Positions 1-21,245 of a DNA stretch of 64,000 nt are shown piece after piece (positions within the stretch are counted from its first letter, which is position 1; every line of letters starts with the position of its first letter). The notes beneath the pieces are model-generated. The model was not told the origin of the DNA and made no database searches. It saw nothing but the letters and a program-made list of their open reading frames with translations. The stretch is from Alphaproteobacteria bacterium (GTDB lineage: Bacteria > Pseudomonadota > Alphaproteobacteria > MPNO01). The stretch spans positions 4,271,977 to 4,335,976 of the forward strand of contig OZ220750.1 in assembly GCA_965117055.1 (NCBI GenBank), in the 5' to 3' direction. Position numbers and translations under genes: made by a program.

Positions 1-276
1 CTTGATCCTGGAATAGACGCGCCGCCCCGGCTTGGAAATCCGCCGGATCTCGCGGATCACGGGCTCGCCCTCATGGTACTTGAGCTCGATGCGAAGCTCG
101 GAAATTCCCTTCTTGAGCTCGCTCTCGCTGTAGCCGCGGATAAACCCCTCGCGCTGGAGCACATCGAGGACGTTGGCGCGCAGCTTCGAGGAAGGCGCGT
201 CGACGGCCGTCTTGTTGGCCCGTTGACCGTTGCGGATACGGGTCAGCATATCGCCGAGGGGATCGCTCATCGTCAT
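1..276 (-). CDS. rpsH: 30S ribosomal protein S8, N-terminal part; gene runs off the window start
   Basis: Reverse-strand translation from ATG at 274-276 gives [32 protein letters not shown], a canonical S8 N-terminus. It sits immediately downstream of rpsN as in the spc operon order. Confidence 0.85.
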   Translation of the reverse strand, partial: MTMSDPLGDMLTRIRNGQRANKTAVDAPSSKLRANVLDVLQREGFIRGYSESELKKGISELRIELKYHEGEPVIREIRRISKPGRRVYSRIK

Positions 277-289
277 CGTCGCGATTCTC

Positions 290-595
290 CTACCAGCTCG
301 ACTTGACCATGCCGGGGATCAGCCCGAACGCGGCGAGTTCGCGCAGCGCGATCCGGGAGATTCGGAACTTGCGGTAGTAGCCGCGCGGGCGTCCGCTCAG
401 CTCGCAGCGGTTGCGGATGCGCACCGGCGAGCCGTTGCGGTTCATCTTGGCGAGCCTGAGGCGCGCGTTGAACCGCTCCTCCATCGGCAGATCGCGGTCG
501 TTCGCCATCTCCTTCAGAGCCTTGCGCTTCTCCGCATCGCGGGCGGCCAGCCGCTTGCGTTTCTTGTTTCTCTCCACGGCGCTCTTCTTCGCCAT
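290..595 (-). CDS. rpsN: 30S ribosomal protein S14 (101 aa)
   Basis: ORF translation [16 protein letters not shown]...[17 protein letters not shown] matches S14; spc operon position between L5 and S8. Confidence 0.95.
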   Translation of the reverse strand: MAKKSAVERNKKRKRLAARDAEKRKALKEMANDRDLPMEERFNARLRLAKMNRNGSPVRIRNRCELSGRPRGYYRKFRISRIALRELAAFGLIPGMVKSSW

Positions 596-618
596 TCGTC
601 GGTTCCCGGTTCTTTGCG

Positions 619-1161
619 TCAGTTCACGAAGGGAAACTGGAATCCCGTAAGCAGCGACCTCGCCTCTTCGTCGTTCTCCGCGGTGGTCACAACGACGACA
701 TCCATGCCGCGCATCTGGTCGACGCTGTCGTAGTCGATCTCGGGGAAGACGATCTGCTCCTGCAACCCCAGCGCGTAGTTGCCGTGGCCGTCGAAGCTGT
801 TGGGCGACAGGCCGCGGAAATCGCGCACCCGCGGCAGCGCGATGGTGATCAGCCGGTCGAGGAACTCGTACATCATCGCCCGTCTCAGCGTCACCTTGAC
901 GCCGACCGCCATACCCTCGCGCAGCTTGAACTGGGCGACCGACTTGCGGGCGCGGATGACGATCGGCTTCTGACCGGCAATCAGGGTCATGTCGCGGGTC
1001 GCGGCGTCGATTTTCTTGGAATCGCCGACCGCCTCGCCGACCCCCATGTTGAGCACGACCTTCTCCAGCCGGGGCACCTGCATCGGATTGGCGTAGCCGA
1101 ATTGCTCCTGCAGCGCCGGCCGGACGACCTGTTCGTAATGTTCCTGGAGGCGGGCTGGCAT
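619..1161 (-). CDS. rplE: 50S ribosomal protein L5
   Basis: 180-aa translation with L5 signature ([24 protein letters not shown]); operon position. Confidence 0.95.
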   Translation of the reverse strand: MPARLQEHYEQVVRPALQEQFGYANPMQVPRLEKVVLNMGVGEAVGDSKKIDAATRDMTLIAGQKPIVIRARKSVAQFKLREGMAVGVKVTLRRAMMYEFLDRLITIALPRVRDFRGLSPNSFDGHGNYALGLQEQIVFPEIDYDSVDQMRGMDVVVVTTAENDEEARSLLTGFQFPFVN

Positions 1162-1172
1162 CGCGTTCGTCC

Positions 1173-1511
1173 CTAGTCGATCAACTCGCCGGAGGATTTC
1201 GCGTAGCGCACCTTGCGGCCGTCCTCGAGCATCCGGAATCCGGTGCGCGTCGGCTTGTCGGAGGCCGGATCGAGCAGCGCCACGTTGGAAACGTGGATCG
1301 GCGCTTCCTTCTCGACGATGCCGCCGGTCTGGGTCTGCGTCGGGCGCGTGTGACGCTTGACCACGTTGACGCCCTGGACGATCAGCCGGCCTTCCTTCGG
1401 CATCGCCTTGAGCACGCTGCCGCGCTTTCCCTTGTCGCGCCCGGTCAGCACGATCACGTTGTCGCCCTTGCGGATCCGCTTGATCCGTCCGCCCTTCGAC
1501 GCCCGTGCCAT
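1173..1511 (-). CDS. rplX: 50S ribosomal protein L24
   Basis: Translation [35 protein letters not shown]... matches L24. I place the start at the internal Met, 7 codons into the listed ORF. Confidence 0.88.
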   Translation of the reverse strand: MARASKGGRIKRIRKGDNVIVLTGRDKGKRGSVLKAMPKEGRLIVQGVNVVKRHTRPTQTQTGGIVEKEAPIHVSNVALLDPASDKPTRTGFRMLEDGRKVRYAKSSGELID

Positions 1512-1512
1512 G

Positions 1513-1881
1513 TCACAACACCTCCGGCGCAAGCGAGATGATCTTCATGTATTGCTTGGCGCGCAGCTCGCGCGTGACGGGGCCGAAGATGCGCGTCCCG
1601 ATGGGCTCGCCGGCGGGGCTGATCAGGACCGCGGCGTTGCGGTCGAAGCGGATGGCGGTGCCGTCGGGCCTGCGGATCTCCTTCGCGGTGCGGACCACCA
1701 CCGCCCGGTGGATGTCGCCCTTCTTCACCCGCCCGCGCGGAATGGCTTCCTTGACCGAGACCACGATCACGTCGCCGACCGACGCCCAGCGGCGCCTCGA
1801 CCCGCCCAGGATGCGGATGCACTGCACCCGCCGGGCGCCCGAGTTGTCCGCTACGTCGAGATTGCTTTCGGCCTGAATCAT
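1513..1881 (-). CDS. rplN: 50S ribosomal protein L14
   Basis: 122 aa [27 protein letters not shown]..., a canonical L14. Confidence 0.95.
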   Translation of the reverse strand: MIQAESNLDVADNSGARRVQCIRILGGSRRRWASVGDVIVVSVKEAIPRGRVKKGDIHRAVVVRTAKEIRRPDGTAIRFDRNAAVLISPAGEPIGTRIFGPVTRELRAKQYMKIISLAPEVL

Positions 1882-1888
1882 ACCGTCC

Positions 1889-2140
1889 TCACGTCGCCGG
1901 GGCGGCGCCCGCCTCGTCGATCACCTCCCACCGCTTGGACCTGGACAGCGGCCGGCATTCGCGGATACGCACCACATCGCCTTCCCTGCACCGGTTCGCG
2001 GCGTCGTGCGCCGTGAACTTGCCGGACCGGCGGATGATCTTCTTGTAGATCGGGTGCCGCACGCGGCGTTCAACCCGGACCACCACGGTCTTGTCCATCT
2101 TGTCGCTTACCACGACGCCTTGCAGAACCCGTCTCGGCAC
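1889..2140 (-). CDS. rpsQ: 30S ribosomal protein S17
   Basis: 83 aa with [20 protein letters not shown]... S17 signature. Confidence 0.95.
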   Translation of the reverse strand: MPRRVLQGVVVSDKMDKTVVVRVERRVRHPIYKKIIRRSGKFTAHDAANRCREGDVVRIRECRPLSRSKRWEVIDEAGAAPAT

Positions 2141-2143
2141 CGC

Positions 2144-2350
2144 TCAGCCCTCCCCTTCGGCCGCGCGGCGGCGCTCGTTGACAATGGTCTGGATGCGCGC
2201 GATGTCGCGCCTGACCTCGCGCACGCGGGACGTGGCCTCAAGCTGCCCGCTGGCGCGCTGGAATCTGAGATTGAGGGCTTCCTTGCGGAGCGCCCTCAGC
2301 GCCTCGGCGAGCTCGTCGGGCGTCTTTTGCCTGACTTCCGCGGCCTTCAT
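2144..2350 (-). CDS. rpmC: 50S ribosomal protein L29
   Basis: Internal start [31 protein letters not shown]..., 68 aa. The upstream part of the listed ORF is read-through into the L16 region. Confidence 0.9.
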   Translation of the reverse strand: MKAAEVRQKTPDELAEALRALRKEALNLRFQRASGQLEATSRVREVRRDIARIQTIVNERRRAAEGEG

Positions 2351-2352
2351 CG

Positions 2353-2772
2353 TCAATGCCCCCCCGCCAGGCGCCGCACGAAGCGGACGGGAATCGGCAG
2401 CTTCGCGGCGGCGAGCGACAGCGCGGAGCGCGCCACGTCGTCGGGCACGCCGTCGATCTCGAACATGATCCGGCCCGGCTTGACCCGGCACGCCCAGTAT
2501 TCGGGCGTCCCCTTGCCCTTGCCCTGGCGCACCTCGGCCGGTTTCTGCGACACCGGAACGTCGGGGAAGATGCGGATCCAGACCCGGCCCGAGCGCTTCA
2601 TGTGGCGCGTGATCGCGCGGCGCGAGGCCTCGATCTGGCGCGCGGTGACGCGGCCCGGCCCCATCGCCTTCAGCCCGTAGGCGCCGAAATTGAGCGTCGT
2701 GCCGGCCTTCGCGTTGCCGTGGATGCGGCCCTTGTGGGCCTTTCTGAACTTGGTTCGCTTCGGGCTCAGCAT
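2353..2772 (-). CDS. rplP: 50S ribosomal protein L16
   Basis: Internal start [19 protein letters not shown]..., 139 aa, canonical L16. The ORF-track N-terminal extension is an artefact. Confidence 0.93.
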   Translation of the reverse strand: MLSPKRTKFRKAHKGRIHGNAKAGTTLNFGAYGLKAMGPGRVTARQIEASRRAITRHMKRSGRVWIRIFPDVPVSQKPAEVRQGKGKGTPEYWACRVKPGRIMFEIDGVPDDVARSALSLAAAKLPIPVRFVRRLAGGH

Positions 2773-2794
2773 CGCTCCGTACCCCCGGCGCCGC

Positions 2795-3472
2795 CTAGCG
2801 GGCGGTCTGCATTTCCTGGTTGGTCCTGTCGAGCGCCATCGGGTCGTGGGCCATGATCTCGCCCTTGAAGACCCACACCTTGACGCCGCAGGTGCCGTAG
2901 GTGGTCCGCGCCGTGGCGATCCCGTAATCGACGTTGGCGCGCAGCGTATGCAGCGGCACCCGGCCCTCGCGGTACCATTCCATCCGCGCGATCTCGGCCC
3001 CGCCGAGCCGGCCGCCGCAATTGATCCGGATGCCTTCGGCGCCAAGCCGCATCGCCGACTGGACGGAGCGCTTCATCGCGCGGCGGAACGCGACCCGGCG
3101 CTCGAGCTGCTGGGCGATGTTCTCGGCCACCAGCTTGGCGTCGATCTCCGGCTTGCGGAATTCCACGATGTTGATGTGGACGTCCGAATCGGTCATCCGG
3201 GAGACGTCCTGGCGCAGCTTCTCGATATCGGCGCCCTTCTTGCCGATCACCACGCCCGGCCGGGCGGAATGGATCGTCACCCGGGCCTTCTTGGCCGGCC
3301 GTTCGATGACCACGCGGCTGACCCCGGCCTGCGACAGGCGCTTGAACAGGTAGTCGCGAAGCTTGAGATCCTCGTGCAGCAGATCGCCGTACTGCGTATC
3401 GGCGTACCACCGCGAATCCCAGGTGCGGTTGATGCCGACCCTGAGCCCTACCGGATTGACCTTCTGACCCAT
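2795..3472 (-). CDS. rpsC: 30S ribosomal protein S3
   Basis: 225 aa [24 protein letters not shown]..., canonical S3 with KH domain. Confidence 0.95.
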   Translation of the reverse strand: MGQKVNPVGLRVGINRTWDSRWYADTQYGDLLHEDLKLRDYLFKRLSQAGVSRVVIERPAKKARVTIHSARPGVVIGKKGADIEKLRQDVSRMTDSDVHINIVEFRKPEIDAKLVAENIAQQLERRVAFRRAMKRSVQSAMRLGAEGIRINCGGRLGGAEIARMEWYREGRVPLHTLRANVDYGIATARTTYGTCGVKVWVFKGEIMAHDPMALDRTNQEMQTAR

Positions 3473-3861
3473 CAGGCGTGTTCCTCGTCTTCCTCGCGTT
3501 CGCGCACCACGACGGTCAGGTTGCTGAACGGTTTTTCCAGCCGCCCGACGCGGCCGCGGGCGCGCGCGCGAAACCTCTTCATCACGAAGCTGCGCCCGAC
3601 ATGCGCTTCGGCCACGACCAGCCGGTCGACATCGAGCTGATGGTTGTTCTCCGCGTTGGCGATCGCCGATTGCAGCACCTTGCGGACGTCCTTGGCGACG
3701 CGCCGGCGCGAGAACGAGAGCGCGGAGAGCGCCGTCGAGGCGTCCATGCCGCGGATCATCTGCGCGACCAGGTTGAGCTTGCGCGGGCTGACGTGGATGG
3801 CCTTGAGATAGGCCATCGCCTCGTTCTCGCCCAGGCGCGGCGGTGCCGACGGCTTGCCCAT
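3472..3861 (-). CDS. rplV: 50S ribosomal protein L22
   Basis: 129 aa with [10 protein letters not shown] motif; operon position between S19 and S3. Confidence 0.93.
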   Translation of the reverse strand: MGKPSAPPRLGENEAMAYLKAIHVSPRKLNLVAQMIRGMDASTALSALSFSRRRVAKDVRKVLQSAIANAENNHQLDVDRLVVAEAHVGRSFVMKRFRARARGRVGRLEKPFSNLTVVVREREEDEEHA

Positions 3862-3862
3862 C

Positions 3863-4141
3863 TCAGCCCCGCCTGGCGCGCTTGTCGGCCGCGTGGCCGT
3901 GATAGGTGCGCGTCATCGCGAACTCGCCGAATTTGTGGCCGACCATGTTCTCGGTCACCAGAACGGGCAGGAATTTCTGGCCGTTGTGAACGCCGAAGGT
4001 GAGCCCCACGAATTGCGGGAGAATGGTGGAGCGCCGGGACCACGTCCTGATGATCTCCTTGCGCCCCGACTCGCGGACCTTCTCGGCTTTCTTGAGCAGA
4101 TAGCCGTCCACGAAGGGCCCTTTCCAAACCGAACGAGACAC
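3863..4141 (-). CDS. rpsS: 30S ribosomal protein S19
   Basis: 92 aa [18 protein letters not shown]..., canonical S19. Confidence 0.95.
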   Translation of the reverse strand: MSRSVWKGPFVDGYLLKKAEKVRESGRKEIIRTWSRRSTILPQFVGLTFGVHNGQKFLPVLVTENMVGHKFGEFAMTRTYHGHAADKRARRG

Positions 4142-4153
4142 CGTCTGCCCCCT

Positions 4154-4981
4154 CTATCTCTTGTGACGCCGGCGCATGATGAGCGCGTCGCTCTTCTTCT
4201 TGCGCCGCGTCCGCTTGCCCTTGGTCGGCACGCCCCACGGCGTCACCGGGTGGCGGCCGCCCGAGCTCCGGCCCTCGCCGCCGCCATGCGGATGGTCGAC
4301 CGGGTTCATCGCGACGCCGCGCACCGAAGGCCGCTTGCCCAGCCAGCGGTTTCGTCCCGCCTTGGCCTTCTTGATGTTCTGGTTGTCCGAATTGGAGACC
4401 GCGCCGATCGTCGCCATGCAGCGCGCCGGCACCATCCGCGCCTCGCCCGAGGTCAGGCGGAGCTGGGCGTAGCCCGAATCCTTGCCGACGAGCTGCGCAT
4501 AGGTGCCCGCCGCACGCGCGATCTGCGCGCCCTTTCCGGGGCGCATCTCGATATTGTGGATGATCGTGCCGACCGGGATGTTCTCCATCGGCATGGCGTT
4601 TCCCGGCTTGACGTCCACCGACCTGCCGGCAACCACCACATCGCCGGCAGCGAGTCGCTGGGGCGCGATGATGTAGCTCTGCTCCCCGTCCTCGTATTTG
4701 AGCAGCGCGATGAAGGCCGACCGGTTGGGGTCGTATTCGATCCGCTCGACCGTGGCGGGCACGTCGAACTTGCGCCGCTTGAAATCGATCTTGCGGTAGA
4801 GCCGCTTGTGGCCGCCGCCGCGCCGCCTGGCGGTGATCCGGCCCGCGTTGTTGCGCCCGCCCTTGGCGGACAGGCCCTCGGTCAGCTTCTTGACCGGGCG
4901 ACCCTTCCACAGCTCCGAGCGGTCGACGAGGATCAGCCCGCGCTGCGAAGACGTGACCGGGTTGTATTTCTTCAGCGCCAT
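4154..4981 (-). CDS. rplB: 50S ribosomal protein L2
   Basis: 275 aa with [13 protein letters not shown]2 signature. Confidence 0.95.
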   Translation of the reverse strand: MALKKYNPVTSSQRGLILVDRSELWKGRPVKKLTEGLSAKGGRNNAGRITARRRGGGHKRLYRKIDFKRRKFDVPATVERIEYDPNRSAFIALLKYEDGEQSYIIAPQRLAAGDVVVAGRSVDVKPGNAMPMENIPVGTIIHNIEMRPGKGAQIARAAGTYAQLVGKDSGYAQLRLTSGEARMVPARCMATIGAVSNSDNQNIKKAKAGRNRWLGKRPSVRGVAMNPVDHPHGGGEGRSSGGRHPVTPWGVPTKGKRTRRKKKSDALIMRRRHKR

Positions 4982-4984
4982 CGC

Positions 4985-5302
4985 CTAGACCCCCGTCGTC
5001 ACGTCGATCGATTGGCCTTCGGCGAGCGAGACCATGGCCTTCTTGTAGTCCGACCGCTTTCCGATGCGGCCGCGGAAACGCTTCGTCTTGCCCTTCTGGC
5101 GGATCGTGTTGACCGCGGTGACCTCGACGCCGAACAGCTTCTCCACCGCCGCCTTGATCTCGGGCTTGGTGGCGTCGAGCGGCACGCGGAAGGTGATCTG
5201 GTTGTGCTCGCTCGCCATCGTCGACTTCTCGGTGATGATCGGCGAACGCAGCAGCTCGCAGGCGCGGCCCTCGGAGACCCGGACGGGACCGGTGCGCTTC
5301 AT
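4985..5302 (-). CDS. rplW: 50S ribosomal protein L23
   Basis: Internal start MKRTGPV...[24 protein letters not shown]... The start ATG overlaps the rplD stop (ATGA at 5299-5302). Confidence 0.88.
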   Translation of the reverse strand: MKRTGPVRVSEGRACELLRSPIITEKSTMASEHNQITFRVPLDATKPEIKAAVEKLFGVEVTAVNTIRQKGKTKRFRGRIGKRSDYKKAMVSLAEGQSIDVTTGV

Positions 5303-5919
5303 GACAGCCGCTCCTCCAGATGGGTCACCGCGTCGCGCGTCAGCACCAGCGTCTCGCGCCGCAGGATGTCGTAGACATTGGCGCCCTGCTGCGGCAGGAC
5401 GTCGATATTGGGCAGGTTGGCGGCGGCGCGGGCGAAGTTGGGGTCGAGCTCCGGCCCGTCGATGATCAGCGCCGACGTCCATCCGAGAGCGGCGATCCGC
5501 TCGGCCAGGGCGGCGGTCTTGTGATCGTCCGCCTTCGCGGCGTCGAGGATGATCAGCTGCCCTTCCTCGCGCTTGCTCGACAGCGCCGAACGCAGCGCGA
5601 GCCGGCGTACCTTCTTGGGCAGCTTGTGAGCATGGCTGCGCGGCTTGGGACCGAACGTCACCGCGCCGCCCGCGAACTGGGGCGACCGGCGGCTGCCGTG
5701 GCGGGCGCGTCCGGTGCCCTTCTGCTTGTAGGGCTTGGCGGTGGTTCCGCGAATTTCGCTGATGCCCCTGGTGTTGTGGGTCCCGGCGCGCCGCTTGGCG
5801 CGCTGCCAGTTGACGACGCGCGCGAGGATGTCGCCGCGGACCGGCGCTCCGAAGACCGGCTCGGCAAGCTCGATGGAGCCGGCCTTCTTGTTGTCGAGGG
5901 TCACGACATCAATCTTCAT
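5299..5919 (-). CDS. rplD: 50S ribosomal protein L4
   Basis: 206 aa [24 protein letters not shown]..., canonical L4. Confidence 0.95.
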   Translation of the reverse strand: MKIDVVTLDNKKAGSIELAEPVFGAPVRGDILARVVNWQRAKRRAGTHNTRGISEIRGTTAKPYKQKGTGRARHGSRRSPQFAGGAVTFGPKPRSHAHKLPKKVRRLALRSALSSKREEGQLIILDAAKADDHKTAALAERIAALGWTSALIIDGPELDPNFARAAANLPNIDVLPQQGANVYDILRRETLVLTRDAVTHLEERLS

Positions 5920-6661
5920 CGCCGTCCCCCTCCCGTTCCTCGGCCTGCTCCGACTCCGGTTCGGCCGGCTCCGCCGGCGTCTCCTCCGCCGCCCTCACGG
6001 CGCCCGGAAAAGGCAGCCCGTCGGGAGCCCGGCGTTTCTTCGCGTCGGAAACCAGGACATAGCCGCCCTTGGCGCCGGGCACCGCGCCCGCGACCAGGAT
6101 CAGCCCGCGGTCGGCGTCGGTCGAATGGATCTCCAGGTTCTGCACCGTGGTCCGGGCATCGCCGAGATGGCCGGCCATCTTCTTGCCTTTGAACACCTTG
6201 CCCGGGTCCTGGCTGTTGCCGGTGGAGCCGTGGCTCCGGTGGCTGATGGACACCCCGTGGCTCGCCTCCAGACCGCCGAAATTGTGCCGCTTCATCGCAC
6301 CGGCGAAGCCCTTGCCGATGCTGGTGCCGACCACGTCGACATGCTGGCCGGAGACGAAATGGTCCGCGGTCAACTCGGCGCCCACGTCGATCACCGCGTC
6401 GTCGGAGACGCGGAATTCGGCGAGCTTCCGCTTGGGCTCGACCCTGGACTTCGCGAAGTGGCCCCGCATCGGCTTCGAGACGTTCTTGACCTTGGCCGCG
6501 CCGACGCCGAGCTGGAGCGCCGTGTACCCGTCGCGTTCCGCCGTCTTGACCGCGACGACCTGGCAGTTGTCCACCTTGAGCACCGTCACCGGCACGTGCG
6601 AGCCGTCGTCGCGGAAGGCGCGGGTCATGCCGAGCTTCTGGGCTATAAGACCGGTCCGCAT
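5909..6661 (-). CDS. rplC: 50S ribosomal protein L3 with an acidic C-terminal extension
   Basis: Start placed at [16 protein letters not shown] (canonical L3 N-terminus). The C-terminus carries about 27 extra residues rich in E/D/P ([27 protein letters not shown]) that overlap the rplD start. Confidence 0.9.
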   Translation of the reverse strand: MRTGLIAQKLGMTRAFRDDGSHVPVTVLKVDNCQVVAVKTAERDGYTALQLGVGAAKVKNVSKPMRGHFAKSRVEPKRKLAEFRVSDDAVIDVGAELTADHFVSGQHVDVVGTSIGKGFAGAMKRHNFGGLEASHGVSISHRSHGSTGNSQDPGKVFKGKKMAGHLGDARTTVQNLEIHSTDADRGLILVAGAVPGAKGGYVLVSDAKKRRAPDGLPFPGAVRAAEETPAEPAEPESEQAEEREGDGDED

Positions 6662-6671
6662 CGATCCGTCC

Positions 6672-6980
<309 letters not shown>

Positions 6981-7005
6981 TTGCTGCTCTCCGCCCCTGG
7001 CCGGG

Positions 7006-8198
7006 TGCTACTCGATGATCTGTGCGACGACGCCGGCGCCGACGGTGCGCCCGCCCTCGCGGATCGCGAACCGCAGACCCTCGTCCATCGCGATGGGCAC
7101 GATCAGCTCGACGTCCATCGAGACGTTGTCCCCCGGCATCACCATCTCCGTCCCCTCCGGCAACGCAACCTGGCCCGTCACGTCCGTCGTCCGGAAGTAA
7201 AACTGCGGACGGTAGTTCGAGAAGAACGGCGTGTGACGGCCCCCCTCCTCCTTGGTCAGAATGTACGCCTCCGCCTTGAACTTCGTGTGCGGCGTGATCG
7301 AACCCGGACGCGCCAATACCTGGCCGCGCTCCACCTCGGTCCGCCCGACCCCGCGCAGCAGGCAGCCCACATTGTCCCCAGCCTCGCCGCTGTCCAGAAG
7401 CTTGCGGAACATCTCCACGCCCGTAACCACCGTCTTCGAGGTCTCCTTCAACCCGACGATCTCGACCTCCTCGCCGACATTGATCGTCCCCCGCTCGATC
7501 CGGCCCGTCACAACCGTCCCACGCCCCGATATCGAGAACACGTCCTCGATCGGCATCAGAAACGCCATGTCCTTCGGGCGGTCCGGCTGAGGAACGTAAT
7601 CGTCAACCGCCGTCATCAGCTCCAGCACCGAACCCGTCGCCGCCGGACCCTCGCCGCCCTCCAGAGCCTGAAGCGCCGAGCCCCGCACCACCGGAATGTC
7701 GTCGCCCGGGAAGTCGTAGCTCGACAGCAACTCCCGGACCTCAAGCTCTACCAGATCCAGAATCTCCTCGTCGTCCACCTGGTCCACCTTGTTCATGTAG
7801 ACCACGATCGCCGGAACCCCCACCTGGCGCGCCAGCAGGATGTGCTCCCGGGTCTGCGGCATCGGGCCGTCCGCCGCCGACACCACCAGGATCGCACCGT
7901 CCATCTGAGCCGCCCCGGTGATCATGTTCTTCACGTAGTCCGCGTGACCCGGGCAATCCACGTGCGCGTAGTGGCGCGCGCCGGTCTCGTACTCGACATG
8001 CGCCGTCGCGATGGTGATCCCCCGCGCCTTCTCCTCCGGCGCCTTGTCGATCTGGTCGTAGGACGTGAACTCCGCCCCGCCGGCCTCCGCCAGAACCTTG
8101 GTGATCGCCGCCGTCAGCGTCGTCTTGCCGTGATCGACATGCCCGATCGTCCCCACATTGCAGTGCGGCTTCGTACGCTCGAACCTAGCCTTCGCCAT
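7006..8198. repeat. Duplicated tuf segment, copy 1 (about 1.19 kb, near-identical to 23309-24501)
   Basis: Identity starts 2-3 nt beyond the tuf stop and ends exactly at the start codon. One synonymous difference was noticed. Confidence 0.9.
7008..8198 (-). CDS. tuf: Elongation factor Tu, copy 1
   Basis: 396 aa [35 protein letters not shown]... with GTPase motifs; located between fusA and rpsJ. Confidence 0.97.
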   Translation of the reverse strand: MAKARFERTKPHCNVGTIGHVDHGKTTLTAAITKVLAEAGGAEFTSYDQIDKAPEEKARGITIATAHVEYETGARHYAHVDCPGHADYVKNMITGAAQMDGAILVVSAADGPMPQTREHILLARQVGVPAIVVYMNKVDQVDDEEILDLVELEVRELLSSYDFPGDDIPVVRGSALQALEGGEGPAATGSVLELMTAVDDYVPQPDRPKDMAFLMPIEDVFSISGRGTVVTGRIERGTINVGEEVEIVGLKETSKTVVTGVEMFRKLLDSGEAGDNVGCLLRGVGRTEVERGQVLARPGSITPHTKFKAEAYILTKEEGGRHTPFFSNYRPQFYFRTTDVTGQVALPEGTEMVMPGDNVSMDVELIVPIAMDEGLRFAIREGGRTVGAGVVAQIIE

Positions 8199-8234
8199 CT
8201 CAATCCTTCCCCGGTCCGGTCTGGCCGACTGCGG

Positions 8235-10310
8235 CTACGCCATCTTGGCGCGGACTTCTTCCGCGATGCCTTGCGGAACCTGCTCGTAATGGTCGAAATG
8301 CATCGTGAACTGGGCCCGCCCCTGGCTCATCGAACGCAGGTTGTTGACGTAGCCGAACATGTTGGCGAGCGGCACGATCGCGGTGACGACGCTGGCGTTG
8401 CCCCGGCCGTCCATCGCGCTGATCTGGCCGCGCCGGCCCTGCAGATCGCCGATGATGTCGCCGAGATAGTCCTCCGGCGTCACCACTTCCAGCCGCATCA
8501 CCGGCTCCAGCAGCTTCGGCGCGGCGCGCGACACGCCCTCGCGAAACGCCGCTCGGGCCGCGATCTCGAACGCCACCGCGGACGAGTCGACCTCGTGGCT
8601 GTCGCCGTCCAAGAGCGTCACCGCGACGTCGATCACCGGGAACCCGGCGAGCACGCCGACCTCGCTCGCGCCCCGAATACCCTTTTCCACCGCGGGGATG
8701 AACTCGCGCGGTACCGTGCCGCCCCTTACCGAACTGACGAAGTCGTTTCCGCTTCCCCGCTCGCCCGGCTCGAAGCGGAGCGCCAGCTTGGCGTACTGCC
8801 CGGCGCCGCCGGTCTGCTTGCGGTGGGTGTATTCGTGCTCGACCGCCTTGGAGACGGTCTCGCGATAGGCCACCTGGGGCATGCCCACATTGGCGTCGAC
8901 CCGGAATTCCCGGCGCATGCGGTCGACCAGGATTTCCAGGTGGAGCTCGCCCATCCCCTTGAGAACGGTCTGTCCGCTCTCCGCGTCGACCGAGACCCGG
9001 AAGCTCGGATCCTCCTGGGCGAGACGGCCGAGCGCGGAGGACATCTTCTCCTGATCCGACTTGGTCTTGGGCTCGACCGCGATCTCGATCACCGGATCGG
9101 GGAACTCGATCCGTTCCAGCACCACCGGATGGCGCGGGTCGGACAGTGTCTCGCCGGTGGTGGTGTCCTTCAGACCGGCCAGCGCGACGATGTCGCCGGC
9201 ATGCGCCTGGCTCGCCTCCTCGCGCGAATTCGCGTGCATCAGGAGCATCCGGCCGACCCGCTCGCGCTTTCCCTTGACGGTGTTGAGGATGGTCTCCCCG
9301 CTCTTGAGGACCCCGGAATAGATCCTGATAAACGAAAGAGACCCCACGAAGGGGTCTGTCATGATCTTGAAGGCCAGCGCGGAAAACGGCTCGTCGTCGC
9401 TGTTGCTGCGCACGATTTCCTTGTCGGTGCGCATCTCCACGCCGCGAATCGCGTGGGTCTCGTCGGGCGCCGGGAGATAGTCGATCACGGCATCGAGCAG
9501 CGGCTGCACGCCCTTGTTCTTGAACGCCGAGCCGTTGAGCACCGGCACGAAGGCGCCGGCGACCGTGCCTTTGCGGATACAGGCCCTGAGCGTCTCTTCG
9601 TCGGGTTCGGTGCCCTCCAGATAGGCTTCCATCGCCGCGTCGTCCTGCTCGACGGCGACTTCGATGAGGGATTCCCGGAAGCGCCGCGCGCTGTCGGCGA
9701 GGTCCGCGGGGATCTCGCCCTCGACGAATTCGGCCCCGAGGGTTTCGTCCTTCCAGACGACCGCCTTCATCCGGACCAGATCGACCACGCCGGCATAGCC
9801 CGCCTCGACGCCGATCGGGAGTTGCAGGACCAGGGGCCGCGCGCCCAGGCGGTCCTCGATCATCTCCACGCAGCGCGGGAAGTCGGCGCCGACCCGGTCC
9901 ATCTTGTTGACGAAGCAGATGCGCGGCACCCGGTACTTGTCGGCCTGGCGCCAGACGGTCTCGGATTGCGGTTCGACCCCGGCGACGCTGTCGAACACGG
10001 CGACCGCGCCGTCCAGCACCCTGAGGCTTCGCTCGACCTCGATGGTGAAGTCGACATGGCCGGGAGTGTCGATGATGTTGACCCGGCAATCGCGCCAGAA
10101 ACAGGTCGTCGCGGCCGAGGTGATGGTTATGCCGCGTTCCTGCTCCTGCTCCATCCAGTCCATGGTGGCGGTGCCCTCGTGGACCTCGCCGAGCTTGTAG
10201 GACCGGCCGGTGTAGTAGAGCACGCGTTCCGTCGTGGTCGTCTTGCCGGCATCGATATGGGCCATGATGCCGATATTGCGGTAGCGGGAAATTGGCGTCT
10301 TGCGCGGCAT
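8235..10310 (-). CDS. fusA: Elongation factor G
   Basis: 691 aa [33 protein letters not shown]..., canonical EF-G. Confidence 0.97.
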   Translation of the reverse strand: MPRKTPISRYRNIGIMAHIDAGKTTTTERVLYYTGRSYKLGEVHEGTATMDWMEQEQERGITITSAATTCFWRDCRVNIIDTPGHVDFTIEVERSLRVLDGAVAVFDSVAGVEPQSETVWRQADKYRVPRICFVNKMDRVGADFPRCVEMIEDRLGARPLVLQLPIGVEAGYAGVVDLVRMKAVVWKDETLGAEFVEGEIPADLADSARRFRESLIEVAVEQDDAAMEAYLEGTEPDEETLRACIRKGTVAGAFVPVLNGSAFKNKGVQPLLDAVIDYLPAPDETHAIRGVEMRTDKEIVRSNSDDEPFSALAFKIMTDPFVGSLSFIRIYSGVLKSGETILNTVKGKRERVGRMLLMHANSREEASQAHAGDIVALAGLKDTTTGETLSDPRHPVVLERIEFPDPVIEIAVEPKTKSDQEKMSSALGRLAQEDPSFRVSVDAESGQTVLKGMGELHLEILVDRMRREFRVDANVGMPQVAYRETVSKAVEHEYTHRKQTGGAGQYAKLALRFEPGERGSGNDFVSSVRGGTVPREFIPAVEKGIRGASEVGVLAGFPVIDVAVTLLDGDSHEVDSSAVAFEIAARAAFREGVSRAAPKLLEPVMRLEVVTPEDYLGDIIGDLQGRRGQISAMDGRGNASVVTAIVPLANMFGYVNNLRSMSQGRAQFTMHFDHYEQVPQGIAEEVRAKMA

Positions 10311-10335
10311 GACCGATCCGGGCGGGAAGAGATTG

Positions 10336-11192
<857 letters not shown>

Positions 11193-11471
11193 GCCACCTC
11201 TTCCTTTCCACCGCGTTCCGCGCGCGGAACCCCGTCCGCAAGACAAACGCGACCGCGGTCGCCTTGCGCGCCGCGGCTGGCTTGGGATCTCCGCGATCCC
11301 GGTTCGACTTTTCGTCCCGGCTCAAGTGGGAACTGCGTCTAGGACCCGCTCCTACCGCCAGCCCCCGAAATGAGCGCCGGAATATAGTGGCGCGCCCAAC
11401 CCCCGTCAACCCGGAAACGCCCGGATTTCAAGGGAGTTGAGCGCGCCGTTTTCGCCTGCCGGGTCGGCCCG

Positions 11472-19883
<8,412 letters not shown>

Positions 19884-20046
19884 CTCTTCAAATGCGCGCG
19901 GCGGAGCGGCCGCGGCCGCCGTGCAACGCGCTGCGATCTGTCAGACTTGTGCGTGCGCCGCGGGGCGGACGGACCCCCGGGCATACCGCGCCGGAGTCGG
20001 CGCGGCGCCCGGGAATCGCGGCCGCCCGCGGTTGACCGGCGGTCAA

Positions 20047-20424
20047 TTACTTGACCTCGACGGTCGCCCCGGCTTCCTCGAGTTTCGTCTTGATCTCGTC
20101 GGCCTCGTCCTTGGACACGGCCTCCTTGACCGGCTTCGGAACGCCCTCGACGAGATCCTTGGCCTCCTTGAGGCCGAGCCCGGTGATCGCGCGGACTTCC
20201 TTGATGACGTTGATCTTCTTCTCGCCGAAGCTGACGAGGATCAGATCGAACTCGGTCTTCTCCTCCGCGGCCTCGCCGCCGTCGGCCGGCGCCGCGGCGG
20301 CGACAGCGACCGGCGCCGCCGCGCTCACGCCCCACTTGTCTTCCAGCAGCTTGGACAGCTCGGCGGCCTCGATGACCGTCAACTGCGACAGATCCTCGAC
20401 CAGTTGCTCAAGATTGGCAGCCAT
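20047..20424 (-). CDS. rplL: 50S ribosomal protein L7/L12
   Basis: 125 aa [33 protein letters not shown]... with an Ala-rich hinge. Confidence 0.95.
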   Translation of the reverse strand: MAANLEQLVEDLSQLTVIEAAELSKLLEDKWGVSAAAPVAVAAAAPADGGEAAEEKTEFDLILVSFGEKKINVIKEVRAITGLGLKEAKDLVEGVPKPVKEAVSKDEADEIKTKLEEAGATVEVK

Positions 20425-20460
20425 GTTCGCTTTCTCCTCTCAGATACCCGTGGCGGCCGG

Positions 20461-20976
20461 TCAGGCCGCGTCCTTGTTCGCATAGGCCCCCATCACGCGG
20501 GCCACCTGACCCGCCGGCGCCTGCAGCACGCCGGCAAGCCTGGTCGCCGGCGTCTGGATCATCCCGACCAGCCTGCCTCTCAACTCGTCGAGCGAAGGCA
20601 GCTTGGCCAGCGCGGTCACCTGGGCGGCGTCGAGCACCTGCTCGCCAAGCCCGCCGCCCATGATGCCGAGCGTGTCGTTCTTCTCCGCGAAGTCGACCGC
20701 GACGCGCGCCGCGGCGACCGGATCGTCGGAATACGCGATCGCGGTGGGGCCGATGAAGAGCCCGTCCAGACCTTCGAAGGCCGTGCCCTTGAGCGCGAGC
20801 CTGGTCAGCCGGTTCTTCGTGACCTTGAAGAGCGCGCCGGCATCCCGCATCTGCCGCCGCAGATCGGTCGCCTGCGCGACCGTCAGGCCGACCGGCCTGG
20901 TTACCACCACAAGGGTCGCCGCGCCGAACAGCGCGTTGAGCATGGCGACCTGTTCTTCCTTTTGCGCCCGGTTCAA
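20461..20976 (-). CDS. rplJ: 50S ribosomal protein L10 (TTG start inferred)
   Basis: The conserved N-terminus NRAQKEEQVAML is preceded by a TTG (RC of 20974-20976) with a GAGAGGAGAGA SD about 7 nt upstream. The longer ORF in the track reads into the leader. The gene is 171 aa. Confidence 0.85.
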   Translation of the reverse strand: MNRAQKEEQVAMLNALFGAATLVVVTRPVGLTVAQATDLRRQMRDAGALFKVTKNRLTRLALKGTAFEGLDGLFIGPTAIAYSDDPVAAARVAVDFAEKNDTLGIMGGGLGEQVLDAAQVTALAKLPSLDELRGRLVGMIQTPATRLAGVLQAPAGQVARVMGAYANKDAA

Positions 20977-21245
20977 CGATCGTCTCTCCTCTCGGACCGG
21001 CGCCCGGAAGCCGCCGGTCGGGTTGCGACTGGACCTCCTTCCGGAGATCCGGCTTCCTGTCCCAGAAGCCCGAGCCGCCCGCGCCCGGAACGAGCGCAAC
21101 CGATGAACTCGCGACCCCTGTCTGTGCGGGACTTACCCGCCGGTCGACCGGCGGCGCCTGCAGTCTCGGACAGGTCTCCTCCCGGGCCGGAGCCCGGGTC
21201 GGAACACGCCGCGCCGACCGACGGCGCGGCAAGAATGGCTCGGCC

